Source: Candidatus Enterousia sp.
GTDB taxonomy: Bacteria; Pseudomonadota; Alphaproteobacteria; Rs-D84
Length of the DNA: 64,000 nucleotides
Assembly: GCA_045645645.1 (NCBI GenBank)
Contig: JAZRJE010000020.1
Coordinates: 2,249 to 66,248, forward strand
Direction: 5' to 3'
Shown here: piece after piece, positions 45,905-54,127 of the stretch
How positions within the stretch are numbered: position 1 is the stretch's first letter
Layout of the letters: each line of letters opens with the position of its first letter
Notes under the pieces: generated by a model
The model's input: only the letters and a program-made list of their open reading frames with translations
Databases searched by the model: none
What the model was told of the DNA's origin: nothing
Made by a program: the position numbers and the translations under genes

Positions 45905-47929
45905 TTATGCCTGATTTGCGCCGTTTTCTGCGTCGCATTTCGGACAAAATTCATGTTTCCCAGGCAAATAGCCATGTTTCGGACAAATTGAGAATGTTGG
46001 TGTCAATGTCATATATGGCACTTTATAATTTTCAAATATTGTTCGAACAATTTTTTGTGCGGCATCGCCAGATGAAACTGGTTCTCCCATATACAGGTGT
46101 AGCATTGTTCCGCCTGTATATTTACGCTGTAATTCTTCCTGGTGTTCTAGTGCAACGAATGGATCATCAGTAAAGTTTACAGGTAATTGGGTTGAATTCG
46201 TATAATATGGTGCGTCCCTGGTCCCAGCTGTTATAATGTCTGGGAAATTTTTGACGTCTGTTTTTGCAAATCTATATGAACATCCTTCGGCTGGTGTTGC
46301 TTCCAGGTTGTACAAGTTTCCTGTTTGTTCTTGAAAGTTTGCCAGATTTTCGCGAATAAAGTCCATAACATCCAAAACTAACTTTTTCCCAAATACAGTT
46401 GCTATATTGTCGGAACCATTTGTAAAGTTCATAACCATTTCATTAGCACCGTTTACACCAATTGTTGAAAAGTGGTGATTCCAGTCGCCTAAATAGCGAC
46501 GTGTAAATGGATACAAGCCACGTTCCATGTTTTTGGTAATGATCTTACGCTTTATCTCTAGACTGTCGCGGCCCAGATCCAGTAAGCGTTTTAATTCGCG
46601 AAATAATCCTTCGCGGTTACCCTTATGGATATAACCTAAGCGTGCCAGGTTTATTGTAACAACACCTATTGAGCCTGTCTTTTCCGCTGAGCCAAACAGA
46701 CCGCCACCACGTTTCAATAATTCACGTACATCTAGACGTAAGCGACAGCACATAGAACGAACATCTGTTGGGTTCAAGTCAGAATTTAAGAAGTTCTGAA
46801 AGTTTGGAATCCCATATTTTGCAGCCAATTCAAATAATGGTTTTACATTTGGATGATTCCATGGAAAATCTGGTGTAATGTTATATGTCGGAATTGGAAA
46901 TGTAAATGGTCGACCCAATGCATCCCCTTCGGTCATGACTTCGATAAACGCTTTGTTTATCATGTCCATTTCTGCTTGCAGTTCTCCATACGTAAAATCA
47001 ACTTGTTTACGGCCAATAAATGGACGTTGATCACGTAAATCTGTTGGACAAGTCCAATCAAATGTGAAATTTATAAATGGTGTTTGTGTGCCCCAACGAC
47101 ATGGAACACCACAGTTAAACACTAACGTTTGCATGGCATTTTTGACATCTGCATATGATAAGTTGTCGATACGTACATATGGTGCCAGATATGTGTCAAC
47201 TGATGAAAATGCTTGGGCGCCGGCGAATTCATTTTGCAGTGTACCCAGGAAGTTGACCATGTGTGAAATCGCCGTTGCCATGTGTTTGGCTGGTTCGCAA
47301 TGCAGGTATCCAGGAACGCCGTTGAAACCTTCGTATAACAGTTCTCTTAGGGACCAGCCTGCACAATATCCTGTTAACCAACCCAAATCATGTACGTGAA
47401 TTGCCGCATTTTTATGTGCCTCTGCAACTGCACGTGGATATAAGTTTAACCAATATTCAGCGGTTACACGTTCTGATGTGCGTAAAATTAAACCGCCAAT
47501 TGAATAGCCTACATTCGCATTTTCCTTTATGCGCCAATTAGAACCACCAACATATCCTTCGATTATATCTACGGCATCTACCATCGATTCGCGAATTTCA
47601 GTGCGTTTCTGACGATATATGATGTATGATTCTGCTGTCTTATATGCACCATTATCCATCAGTGTTCTGATAACTGTATCCTGGATTGTTTCGACAGATG
47701 GCGTGCGTTCTGCAAATTCTGCCCCTAATGTGTCCAGTACAGATTGTGTGATAGATATAATTTGTTCATTACTTAATTCTGTTGTAACATCAACCGCGCG
47801 TTTGATTGCATTATAAATTTTGATTGCATCAAAGGGAACCGTTTCGCCACCACGCTTTTGAACCGCAACTAGCTTGGTTGTTAATGTTGGTGTAATTTCG
47901 ATTTTTGTTTCAATATGTGTTTCTGACAT
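45905..47929 (-). CDS. nrdD: Anaerobic ribonucleoside-triphosphate reductase large chain; ends right after the Zn-ribbon and lacks the glycyl-radical motif
   Basis: ATP-cone N-terminus (VQKRGGETVPFDAIKIYNAIKRA), conserved core, C-terminus ...SICPKHGYLPGKHEFCPKCDAENGANQA followed by a stop. Confidence 0.9.
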   Translation of the reverse strand: MSETHIETKIEITPTLTTKLVAVQKRGGETVPFDAIKIYNAIKRAVDVTTELSNEQIISITQSVLDTLGAEFAERTPSVETIQDTVIRTLMDNGAYKTAESYIIYRQKRTEIRESMVDAVDIIEGYVGGSNWRIKENANVGYSIGGLILRTSERVTAEYWLNLYPRAVAEAHKNAAIHVHDLGWLTGYCAGWSLRELLYEGFNGVPGYLHCEPAKHMATAISHMVNFLGTLQNEFAGAQAFSSVDTYLAPYVRIDNLSYADVKNAMQTLVFNCGVPCRWGTQTPFINFTFDWTCPTDLRDQRPFIGRKQVDFTYGELQAEMDMINKAFIEVMTEGDALGRPFTFPIPTYNITPDFPWNHPNVKPLFELAAKYGIPNFQNFLNSDLNPTDVRSMCCRLRLDVRELLKRGGGLFGSAEKTGSIGVVTINLARLGYIHKGNREGLFRELKRLLDLGRDSLEIKRKIITKNMERGLYPFTRRYLGDWNHHFSTIGVNGANEMVMNFTNGSDNIATVFGKKLVLDVMDFIRENLANFQEQTGNLYNLEATPAEGCSYRFAKTDVKNFPDIITAGTRDAPYYTNSTQLPVNFTDDPFVALEHQEELQRKYTGGTMLHLYMGEPVSSGDAAQKIVRTIFENYKVPYMTLTPTFSICPKHGYLPGKHEFCPKCDAENGANQA

Positions 47930-47951
47930 TTTTAAACTCCAATACTATAAA

Positions 47952-47967
47952 ACACAATATATAGTGA
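47952..47967 (-). promoter_or_regulatory. NrdR-box-like palindrome (proximal)
   Basis: ACACAATATATAGTGA, 23 nt upstream of the nrdD ATG. It matches the 16-bp NrdR box consensus as I recall it (acaCwAtATaTwGtgt). Confidence 0.6.
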
Positions 47968-47983
47968 TGTTTTGTTGCGTTTG

Positions 47984-47999
47984 ATAACAATATATAGTT
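47984..47999 (-). promoter_or_regulatory. NrdR-box-like palindrome (distal)
   Basis: ATAACAATATATAGTT, 32 bp centre-to-centre from the proximal box, which is the typical tandem spacing. Confidence 0.5.
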
Positions 48000-48347
48000 T
48001 TTTTGAGTTTCAGACAATATCTAAAACATAAATTTTTTTTATTTTTTACTTTACTTTTTAAAATGTTAAATTTCTGCATATTTGCGCATGAAAACAGAAT
48101 CGGTGGTTTAATACGAAATGTTCTTTTGTGTAAAGATTTTGTTGTTTTGTATATAGGAACTGATTCGTTTATATCGTGATAATACAAAATATAGATGTCG
48201 AATCAGTTGTTGGTACTATATATTGATGATATGAAGAATGTTTTCTTTAAAATAGGTTGTGTTTCCCATAAAAAACGGCTACATTGTTGTTTGTATGAGG
48301 TAATGGTGCCTCATAAAAAGCTTAACGTATAAATAAAGAGCATTATT

Positions 48348-49937
48348 ATGATTAAAAATATTTATGAAATGCTGCATCAGGCGTGTGTTCAGAACAAGGA
48401 TCGTATTTTCTTTGTCAGACAAAACGAAACTTATGCAGATTTGTTAAGAAAGGTGAAACAGCGTGCTGTTACATTGGCAAAGCGATTTGGTGTTAAAAAG
48501 GGGGATACTGTTGCAATTTTGTCGGGTAATACCCCAGAATTTATCAAATCATATTTTGCCGTTACATCCCAAGGGGCGCGTGTTTTGATGTTGGATACAG
48601 GTCTGCAGCCTGCAGAGCATATTAATATGATGAAGCGGACTGATTGTAAATTGGTATTAGCGCAAAAAAATTATTTTATTGATGATGCACCAGCTCAAAT
48701 GATTGATATTGAGATGATTGATGATACCGATGATCAAGATTTTGTTGCCGCAGATGTGGGACGTAATGATATTGCACAAGTGTCTTTTACTTCTGGATCA
48801 ACTGGCAATCCAAAGGTTGTTGGTTTAACGCATAATAATTTGTTGTCATTGGCAGATGGGGCGCAATTTTATAAAGATGTGATTTTTCCTGGATATACAT
48901 TTTATGGTTTTTTACCTCTATACCATATATATGGTGTGGTGATTAATATTATTGTACCAGTGGCGTTGCATGGAAAGTTGTTGTTGCAGCCTGTGTTAAA
49001 ACCACAAGAATTTTTAAAGGATTTTAGGCAGTATAAGCCAGAGGTTATTCCAGCTGTACCCCGTATTTGGGAAGTTTTCTATAAAAAGATTGTAGATGCT
49101 GCGCGTGCAAAGCATGCGTGGACGTTAATTCGTGTTGTTGTTTCTTTACGTCATGTGTTGCGTGCAATTGGTCTGGGGGGGATTGTAAAAAAAGTAACTA
49201 AGCCAATTCATGATTTGTTCGGTGGTAATACCAAAGTTTTGGTGTCTGCAGGTGCGACATTGAAACCATCTATTCGTAAATTTTATGAAAGATTGGGATT
49301 TGTTGTTGGTGATTGTTATGGTTTGACAGAAACAACGGGACCTAGCAACTTTAATTTTGCATTTCGTCGTGCGAATGGTCAGATGTATTATGCAGGGCCG
49401 TTGTTGGGTAACGAATTAAAGATTCATAATCCAAATAAAGAGGGAGTAGGTGAAATTTGGATTCGGGGAAATATGGTTATGCCAGGTTATATCGGTAATG
49501 ACGAAGCAAATGCAGCTGCCTTTGAAGATGGTTGGTTCAAGACGGGCGATATCGGCATGTTGGATAAAAAACGTCGATTGATTGTAAAAGGACGTCAAAA
49601 GCAAGTCATTGTTTTAGATAGTGGTAAGAATGTTTATCCAGATGAACTGGAAGATTTGTATATGCAAAATGATGAAATATTGGCTGCTGCTGTATTTGAA
49701 TATGTTATAAAAGGTAAAATTGTCCCATATGGCGTATTTCAGGTAAAGCCAGGAACAAGTGTTGAACGTATCGAATTTTTGATTAAAAAATCAAATTTGT
49801 CGATTGCGCAGTATAAGTGGGTAAAGCATTTTGCGATTACAGAAGAAGAATTGCCACAAACTTCAGCAAAGAAAATTAAGCACTTTGCGGTACGTGAAAT
49901 GCTGGAAAATGACGCCTTTGTTCGTGCAGATAAATAG
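48348..49937 (+). CDS. AMP-dependent synthetase/ligase (acyl-CoA synthetase-like)
   Basis: SFTSGSTGNPKVVGLTHNNL, YGLTETTG, GWFKTGDIG, and a K near the C-terminus (SAKKIKH). Confidence 0.8.
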   Translation: MIKNIYEMLHQACVQNKDRIFFVRQNETYADLLRKVKQRAVTLAKRFGVKKGDTVAILSGNTPEFIKSYFAVTSQGARVLMLDTGLQPAEHINMMKRTDCKLVLAQKNYFIDDAPAQMIDIEMIDDTDDQDFVAADVGRNDIAQVSFTSGSTGNPKVVGLTHNNLLSLADGAQFYKDVIFPGYTFYGFLPLYHIYGVVINIIVPVALHGKLLLQPVLKPQEFLKDFRQYKPEVIPAVPRIWEVFYKKIVDAARAKHAWTLIRVVVSLRHVLRAIGLGGIVKKVTKPIHDLFGGNTKVLVSAGATLKPSIRKFYERLGFVVGDCYGLTETTGPSNFNFAFRRANGQMYYAGPLLGNELKIHNPNKEGVGEIWIRGNMVMPGYIGNDEANAAAFEDGWFKTGDIGMLDKKRRLIVKGRQKQVIVLDSGKNVYPDELEDLYMQNDEILAAAVFEYVIKGKIVPYGVFQVKPGTSVERIEFLIKKSNLSIAQYKWVKHFAITEEELPQTSAKKIKHFAVREMLENDAFVRADK

Positions 49938-49958
49938 AGAGCAGGGTGATTCGTACTG

Positions 49959-49989
49959 AAAAAACCAGATGTAAAAAATCTGGTTTTTT
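49959..49989 (+). terminator. Rho-independent terminator
   Basis: AAAAAACCAGAT-GTAAAAA-ATCTGGTTTTTT. Confidence 0.8.
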
Positions 49990-49995
49990 GCGGTC

Positions 49996-50024
49996 TTGAC
50001 AAAAGTTGTTTTGTCTACTATATA
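49996..50024 (+). promoter_or_regulatory. sigma70-like promoter (TTGACA-17-TATATA)
   Basis: TTGACA at 49996-50001, 17-nt spacer, TATATA at 50019-50024. Confidence 0.5.
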
Positions 50025-50050
50025 AATAAATGTTTGGTGCGGGGGTCGAA

Positions 50051-50596
50051 ATGCGTAAACGTAACCGTGGAACTTTGATGCAGGCTAAGGCTGATATGGA
50101 TGTGCGGGTGCAACAATTGCGTGATGTTGTTGCGCGTGGTGCTTGTGCAACAAAGCGTTTACCTTTGCTGAGAGAGGAGTTGCAGGCAACACAGTTTTAT
50201 CAGCGTACTAATTGTATGTATGAATCGATTCGGTATCAAGACGATGAAAAGGCCCCAGAAGATTTAGAGTTTGAAATAAATGTGTTGGAACGTGAGGTTA
50301 AACAAGCGGATTCTGCCAAGCTAGAATTGACAAAGGCAGCTAGTTTTTATCGTGCATATCATTTGGTTGTATTTGGACCAAAGTTGCGTGATTTAAGAAG
50401 TAGATTGAACGCTGCAGAATATTGGGCAGAACAATGGAAAAATAATTTGTTGGAAATTGGGCTGGATTCTGAAAAGAATGATGATGAATCTATTTATGAT
50501 AAGTCTCATTTTGAGTGCGAATATGCCCGTGTTAATGAAGAAATTTTTAAGTTGCGTGCTAAAATAACAGAAATTCAAAACATCAAATATATGTGA
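50051..50596 (+). CDS. Hypothetical coiled-coil protein
   Basis: GGGGG SD before the ATG at 50051. The ORF-track ATG at 50030 lies only 5 nt after the -10 element. The sequence is helical and heptad-like. Confidence 0.55.
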   Translation: MRKRNRGTLMQAKADMDVRVQQLRDVVARGACATKRLPLLREELQATQFYQRTNCMYESIRYQDDEKAPEDLEFEINVLEREVKQADSAKLELTKAASFYRAYHLVVFGPKLRDLRSRLNAAEYWAEQWKNNLLEIGLDSEKNDDESIYDKSHFECEYARVNEEIFKLRAKITEIQNIKYM

Positions 50597-50646
50597 TAGA
50601 TACAAATTAACGGAAAAGCAAAAATAAATAATTTTTTACTAAATGG

Positions 50647-50674
50647 TTGACAAAATAAAAATATGTGTTATATA
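50647..50674 (+). promoter_or_regulatory. sigma70-like promoter (TTGACA-16-TATATA)
   Basis: TTGACA at 50647-50652 and TATATA at 50669-50674. Confidence 0.5.
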
Positions 50675-50709
50675 TTTGGGCGACAAACAATATAACAAAG
50701 GATTTTATT

Positions 50710-50952
50710 ATGTATATCGAAAGTCATTTGATAGAAGGTTCGTTGGGTTTGGCAACAAATGATACTGTTGTTGCTGATGTTGTACCAAATGAAGAAAAGT
50801 ATGTTGAACCTGTTTTCGACAGTACAATTATTGATACCCCAGCAGAGGTGCGTACACCATCTTCTGAATGTTTGCGTTGCGCGTATAATGCATTCGCTGA
50901 TAGCTTGGGTTGTGTAAGTTCTTTTGGATTATGTCCATATTTGGTACGCTAA
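50710..50952 (+). CDS. 80-aa hypothetical protein with an acidic N-terminal part and a Cys-rich C-terminus
   Basis: AAGGA lies 9 nt upstream of the ATG at 50710. MYIESHLIEGSLGLATNDTVVADVVPNEEKYVEPVFDSTIIDTPAEVRTPSSECLRCAYNAFADSLGCVSSFGLCPYLVR. Confidence 0.45.
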   Translation: MYIESHLIEGSLGLATNDTVVADVVPNEEKYVEPVFDSTIIDTPAEVRTPSSECLRCAYNAFADSLGCVSSFGLCPYLVR

Positions 50953-51033
50953 TGGGGTTATTGTTATTTTTTGGATAAAAATATAATTTTTACCTTGCAT
51001 TTTGAATAAAATGCTATAAAATAACAGTCCGTT

Positions 51034-51110
51034 GCATCCATAGCTTAACTGGATAAAGCATCTGACTACGGATCAGAAGACTGAGGGTTCGAATCCTTCT
51101 GGATGCGCCA
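51034..51110 (+). tRNA. tRNA-Arg (anticodon ACG), CCA encoded
   Basis: I folded the cloverleaf by hand: acceptor GCATCCA/TGGATGC, D-stem GCTT/AAGC, anticodon stem TCTGA/TCAGA with loop CTACGGA, T-arm GAGGG-TTCGAAT-CCTTC, discriminator G, CCA. Total 77 nt. Confidence 0.92.
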
Positions 51111-52652
51111 CTTCTTTATTTCTCCCACATTTTCATCAAAAATATTGAAAATCGGCGCCAATTTTGGTGTTCCAAATTTTTCTGCAAAATCATATGAAAT
51201 TTGCTCAGGAAAACACAAGTTTAGAACACCCTGCCGTTTTTTGAAGTTCCCTGTGCGCCAAATATCCAATGGTCTGCGTATAAACTGCAAAACATATTCC
51301 GTTGCCTGGTCAAGTGGCATTGTCTCTATTTCCTGCACCTGCTGTTCATCGTTCAGTTGCTGTATCTGCGCCGTCAGCATGCTGATGCGTTCTTGGCACA
51401 TTGAAACAACCTCTGGTGGATTATTCGGGGTCATTAACAAATTGAATGCCTGGGTCTTTTCACGTTCTTTCTGCGCAATCAATGCTTGTCGTTCCGCAAC
51501 ACGCTGCTGCAAATCCGCTGTTTGTTCCTCATAAGCCCGTTGAATTGCACGCCCAGCCAGCGCAATAAAGCGCTGGTCTGGGGTTATTTTTTCCAAAATA
51601 CATTCCAAGTCTTGGTGTATTTCGTCTGGTTTTATGCCTTTGCCATACATGGGACAACCCTTGCAATAACAATGATAATACAAAAAGCGCTTGCCGCCTT
51701 TGCCTTTTGGGCGACTGGCGGTCAATGGCTTTCCGCATTTTGCACACTGAACAAAGCGGCGCAATGGGAATGTTTCATCTTCGGTATTATATTGCCGCGT
51801 CACCTTTTCATTCATGCGACCACCGTTCAGGCGTTCCTGAATGGCACGATATGTTTCCACTGAAATCAACGGTTCCATCGCCCATTTCTGGTATGGAATC
51901 CCCCATCGGGGATAAGCAAAGTATCCCGTATATTTTTCATTGGTTAACAGATTATGTATCGCATTATAGGTCAAACGAAACGGTCGCCCATCCCTGTAAA
52001 GACATAACGGCTTATCCCGCAAATATTCAAACACATCCCGTTGGGTCAGAAATCGGCACGATGCAAAGCCTTCCAGCGCAGTTTGAATAAATGTCGCTGT
52101 CGGTTCATTGCGCACCTGGTGCATGCGCCCATTCTTGCGAACTTCTTTTAAGCCCACAGGTGGCCGCATAACCCAAAAGCCCTGTTTGGCATGCTCAATC
52201 ATGTTGTTTTTCGTGCGCCCCGCATTTTTTTTACGTTCATATTGACTTAATGCTGCTGACACATTTTCCAGTAGTTCGCTTTCATCTGTATCCTCCAGCG
52301 TCATATTCACGGTTTGCAGCGAATGCCCCATTTTGCGAATTTGTTCACGCAAAATGCCATGAACAACCACATCACGAGCAAATCGGTTCAAATCAAATGC
52401 CAAGACAATATAATTCTGGTCTGTTTCGGACAAGAATTTCAGCATTTCATTAAACGCTGGCCTGTCTTGCTTTGCCCCCGAAACACCAGGTTCCATAAAC
52501 ACGCGGTCCACAGGCAGTCCTCGTTGCCTTGCCCATGCACGGCATGTTTGTTCTTGACTGTCCAGGCCTTGGCCATCTGTCACCTGGCGGCGGCTGGACA
52601 CACGACAGTAAATAACAACCCTTTTGGGGGATTCTTGGTTTAATTTAGGCAT
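51066..52652 (-). CDS. Large serine recombinase (integrase); its last 15 codons are encoded by the complement of the tRNA-Arg gene
   Basis: GGAG SD. Resolvase-type N-terminus VVIYCRVSSRRQVTDGQGLDSQ...LAFDLNRFARD. Recombinase domain, Zn-ribbon CAKCGK...CYCKGC and a coiled coil. The C-terminus ...EIKKWRIQKDSNPQSSDP reads through 51110-51066. Confidence 0.88.
   Translation of the reverse strand: MPKLNQESPKRVVIYCRVSSRRQVTDGQGLDSQEQTCRAWARQRGLPVDRVFMEPGVSGAKQDRPAFNEMLKFLSETDQNYIVLAFDLNRFARDVVVHGILREQIRKMGHSLQTVNMTLEDTDESELLENVSAALSQYERKKNAGRTKNNMIEHAKQGFWVMRPPVGLKEVRKNGRMHQVRNEPTATFIQTALEGFASCRFLTQRDVFEYLRDKPLCLYRDGRPFRLTYNAIHNLLTNEKYTGYFAYPRWGIPYQKWAMEPLISVETYRAIQERLNGGRMNEKVTRQYNTEDETFPLRRFVQCAKCGKPLTASRPKGKGGKRFLYYHCYCKGCPMYGKGIKPDEIHQDLECILEKITPDQRFIALAGRAIQRAYEEQTADLQQRVAERQALIAQKEREKTQAFNLLMTPNNPPEVVSMCQERISMLTAQIQQLNDEQQVQEIETMPLDQATEYVLQFIRRPLDIWRTGNFKKRQGVLNLCFPEQISYDFAEKFGTPKLAPIFNIFDENVGEIKKWRIQKDSNPQSSDP
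51104..51111 (+). repeat. Left copy of the 8-bp junction repeat TGCGCCAC (putative attL core)
   Basis: Identical 8-mer at 57766-57773. Confidence 0.5.
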
Positions 52653-52752
52653 TTTTTACTCCTTTTTTGGCCTTAAAGCGTCATGTAGGACGCCATTTAT
52701 AATCTGTGTCAGATGCCCCATTATTTCATGCACCTGTTGGTCTGTAAGGGCA

Positions 52753-52935
52753 TTATTTAATGCACCCAAACATTCCCTGCATTCCGCAAGCGATAGCAAA
52801 GCCATAACACAAATCTTTGTATTGGATTCGTGCTCTGGCGTATCCAGTCGCAGAATGAGCGGTTAATTGGTTGGCGATAGTTCTGGCATATCCAGTCACT
52901 ATTGCCAACAAGTTTAATATGTTGTTTTTAGCCAT
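52753..52935 (-). CDS. 60-aa hypothetical ORF (island)
   Basis: GGAGGTG SD. Its ATG overlaps the stop of the upstream ORF (ATGGCTAA). It contains the two palindromic sites, so coding status is uncertain. Confidence 0.35.
   Translation of the reverse strand: MAKNNILNLLAIVTGYARTIANQLTAHSATGYARARIQYKDLCYGFAIACGMQGMFGCIK
52835..52847. promoter_or_regulatory. 13-bp palindrome CTGGCGTATCCAG (operator-like), copy 1
   Basis: CTGG-N5-CCAG. A second copy, CTGGCATATCCAG, lies 48 bp away. Both lie 180-245 bp upstream of the recombinase start. Confidence 0.4.
52883..52895. promoter_or_regulatory. 13-bp palindrome CTGGCATATCCAG (operator-like), copy 2
   Basis: It sits in the 18-bp direct repeat TCTGGC(G/A)TATCCAGTC(G/A)C shared with copy 1. 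Confidence 0.4.
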
Positions 52936-53680
52936 TTAACACCTCCGTTGACTTAACAACATCGGACACAACACGGCCATTTTGGTATTTTATAACCCGT
53001 TCGCCAAACAGCGGATTTTCACCGCCGTCTGTTTCCGTGTATATTCGATTGCGTTCGGGTTCAATTTTCACTTTCTTAATGCCAGCCTGGCACAAACGCT
53101 GCGCAATCTTGCGTGGCAGTTCCAAAAAGCATTCCGCACCAAATTGAACAACCTTTTGCATTGCGCATTCATCGTTCAAAACACGCCCCAGGTTCACAAT
53201 CGTATGTGAATAGGTGTAATTGTCGCCATCAGCAACGATTGCTGGTAAATCATGCGCCAGGCACAGCCCAACACAATTATTGCCGTCAATCACCATGAAT
53301 GGCCTTTCATCCAATGCCAAACAATCGGCACGACATGCCAAAACTGCGAATTGCAGCATGCTGATATCACGATACATTGGCATGTCCAGGATTTTGAAAA
53401 TGCTTTTTATGCTTTCCAATCCCAGACCACGGCATTTCAGCACAAAGCCAATGCCTGCCCGTGCCACGTCCAGGGCGCTGATGCGTTCCTTATTTGGTTC
53501 GGCAATCAGTCCCCGTTTATGCCAATCGTTTAAGACACTGGCGGTTAAATCATCAAAATCCACATCATGCGCTGGATTTAGCAATTTAACCAGTTGATGT
53601 TCCATGACCTTTTCTGCGAATGCATCAAAGGTTGCGTGTGTTTGCAAACTAATAAGTTCGTTTTTTATAAAGTTCCCCAT
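52928..53680 (-). CDS. Hypothetical protein (island), possible MerR-like HTH near the N-terminus
   Basis: 250-aa ORF. LNDWHKRGLIAEPNKERISALDVARAGIGFVLKCRGLGLESIKSIFKIL resembles the MerR-type helix-turn-helix/wing pattern. The resemblance is weak. Confidence 0.4.
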   Translation of the reverse strand: MGNFIKNELISLQTHATFDAFAEKVMEHQLVKLLNPAHDVDFDDLTASVLNDWHKRGLIAEPNKERISALDVARAGIGFVLKCRGLGLESIKSIFKILDMPMYRDISMLQFAVLACRADCLALDERPFMVIDGNNCVGLCLAHDLPAIVADGDNYTYSHTIVNLGRVLNDECAMQKVVQFGAECFLELPRKIAQRLCQAGIKKVKIEPERNRIYTETDGGENPLFGERVIKYQNGRVVSDVVKSTEVLNG

Positions 53681-53803
53681 TTTTTTATCCTTTTGGTTTT
53701 GGGGTTAGCAACAGTTGCCGGACACACATCATTGTTTGTCCGGATTATTGCTCTCGACTGAATCGTGAGTCAAATCACATTTCACTCCGCAATGCAGCCG
53801 ACA

Positions 53804-53840
53804 TAAAAAAAGCCCGTGCGGACATTCACACCGCACAGGC
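53804..53840 (-). terminator. Rho-independent terminator (minus strand) inside the island
   Basis: On the minus strand: GCCTGTGCGG-loop-CCGCACGGGC followed by TTTTTTT. Confidence 0.6.
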
Positions 53841-53895
53841 CTCATAATCATTTATCTTTTTCGTATCACTCTTTGGGAAACTATTTTATTTTGAA

Positions 53896-53923
53896 CAAAA
53901 AAACACTGCCATAAATGGCAGTT
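53896..53923 (-). terminator. Rho-independent terminator (minus strand) inside the island
   Basis: On the minus strand: ACTGCCA-TTTA-TGGCAGT followed by GTTTTTTT. Confidence 0.55.
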
Positions 53924-53938
53924 CTTATAACTCTTTAT

Positions 53939-54127
53939 CCGAATCTTAATCACGAATCATAATAAACGAATCATAAACTAAAAACGAAAAGTGTAGAATT
54001 CCCCTTATATGAATTTTCATTCATGCTCCGATGAATCGTTAAATTGCCACTCTTTTGTTTTTGTTCATTTACACTCCTTATGAATCGTATCCGAATCATA
54101 ATGAAATATCCGCAATCCGAATCAGAA
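53939..54127 (+). repeat. Iteron-like array of GAATC-core direct repeats
   Basis: GAATC at 53941, 53954, 53968, 54033, 54082, 54093 and 54119, all on the same strand, plus an inverted copy at about 54190. Three copies share [AC]CGAATCATAA. Confidence 0.7.

Noticed and set aside
47945-48187. 80-aa minus-strand ORF in the nrdD upstream region, and an FNR/Anr half-site TTGATAACAATAT.
   Set aside because: The ORF is AT-rich intergenic sequence with no SD and overlaps the NrdR-like boxes. For the FNR-like site, only the left half (TTGAT) matches, while the right half is ATATA rather than ATCAA.
53939-54127. Possibility that the short repeats are a CRISPR array.
   Set aside because: The repeat units are only about 9-11 nt long, the spacing is irregular (13 to 65 nt) and there are no cas genes. 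This is inconsistent with CRISPR architecture.
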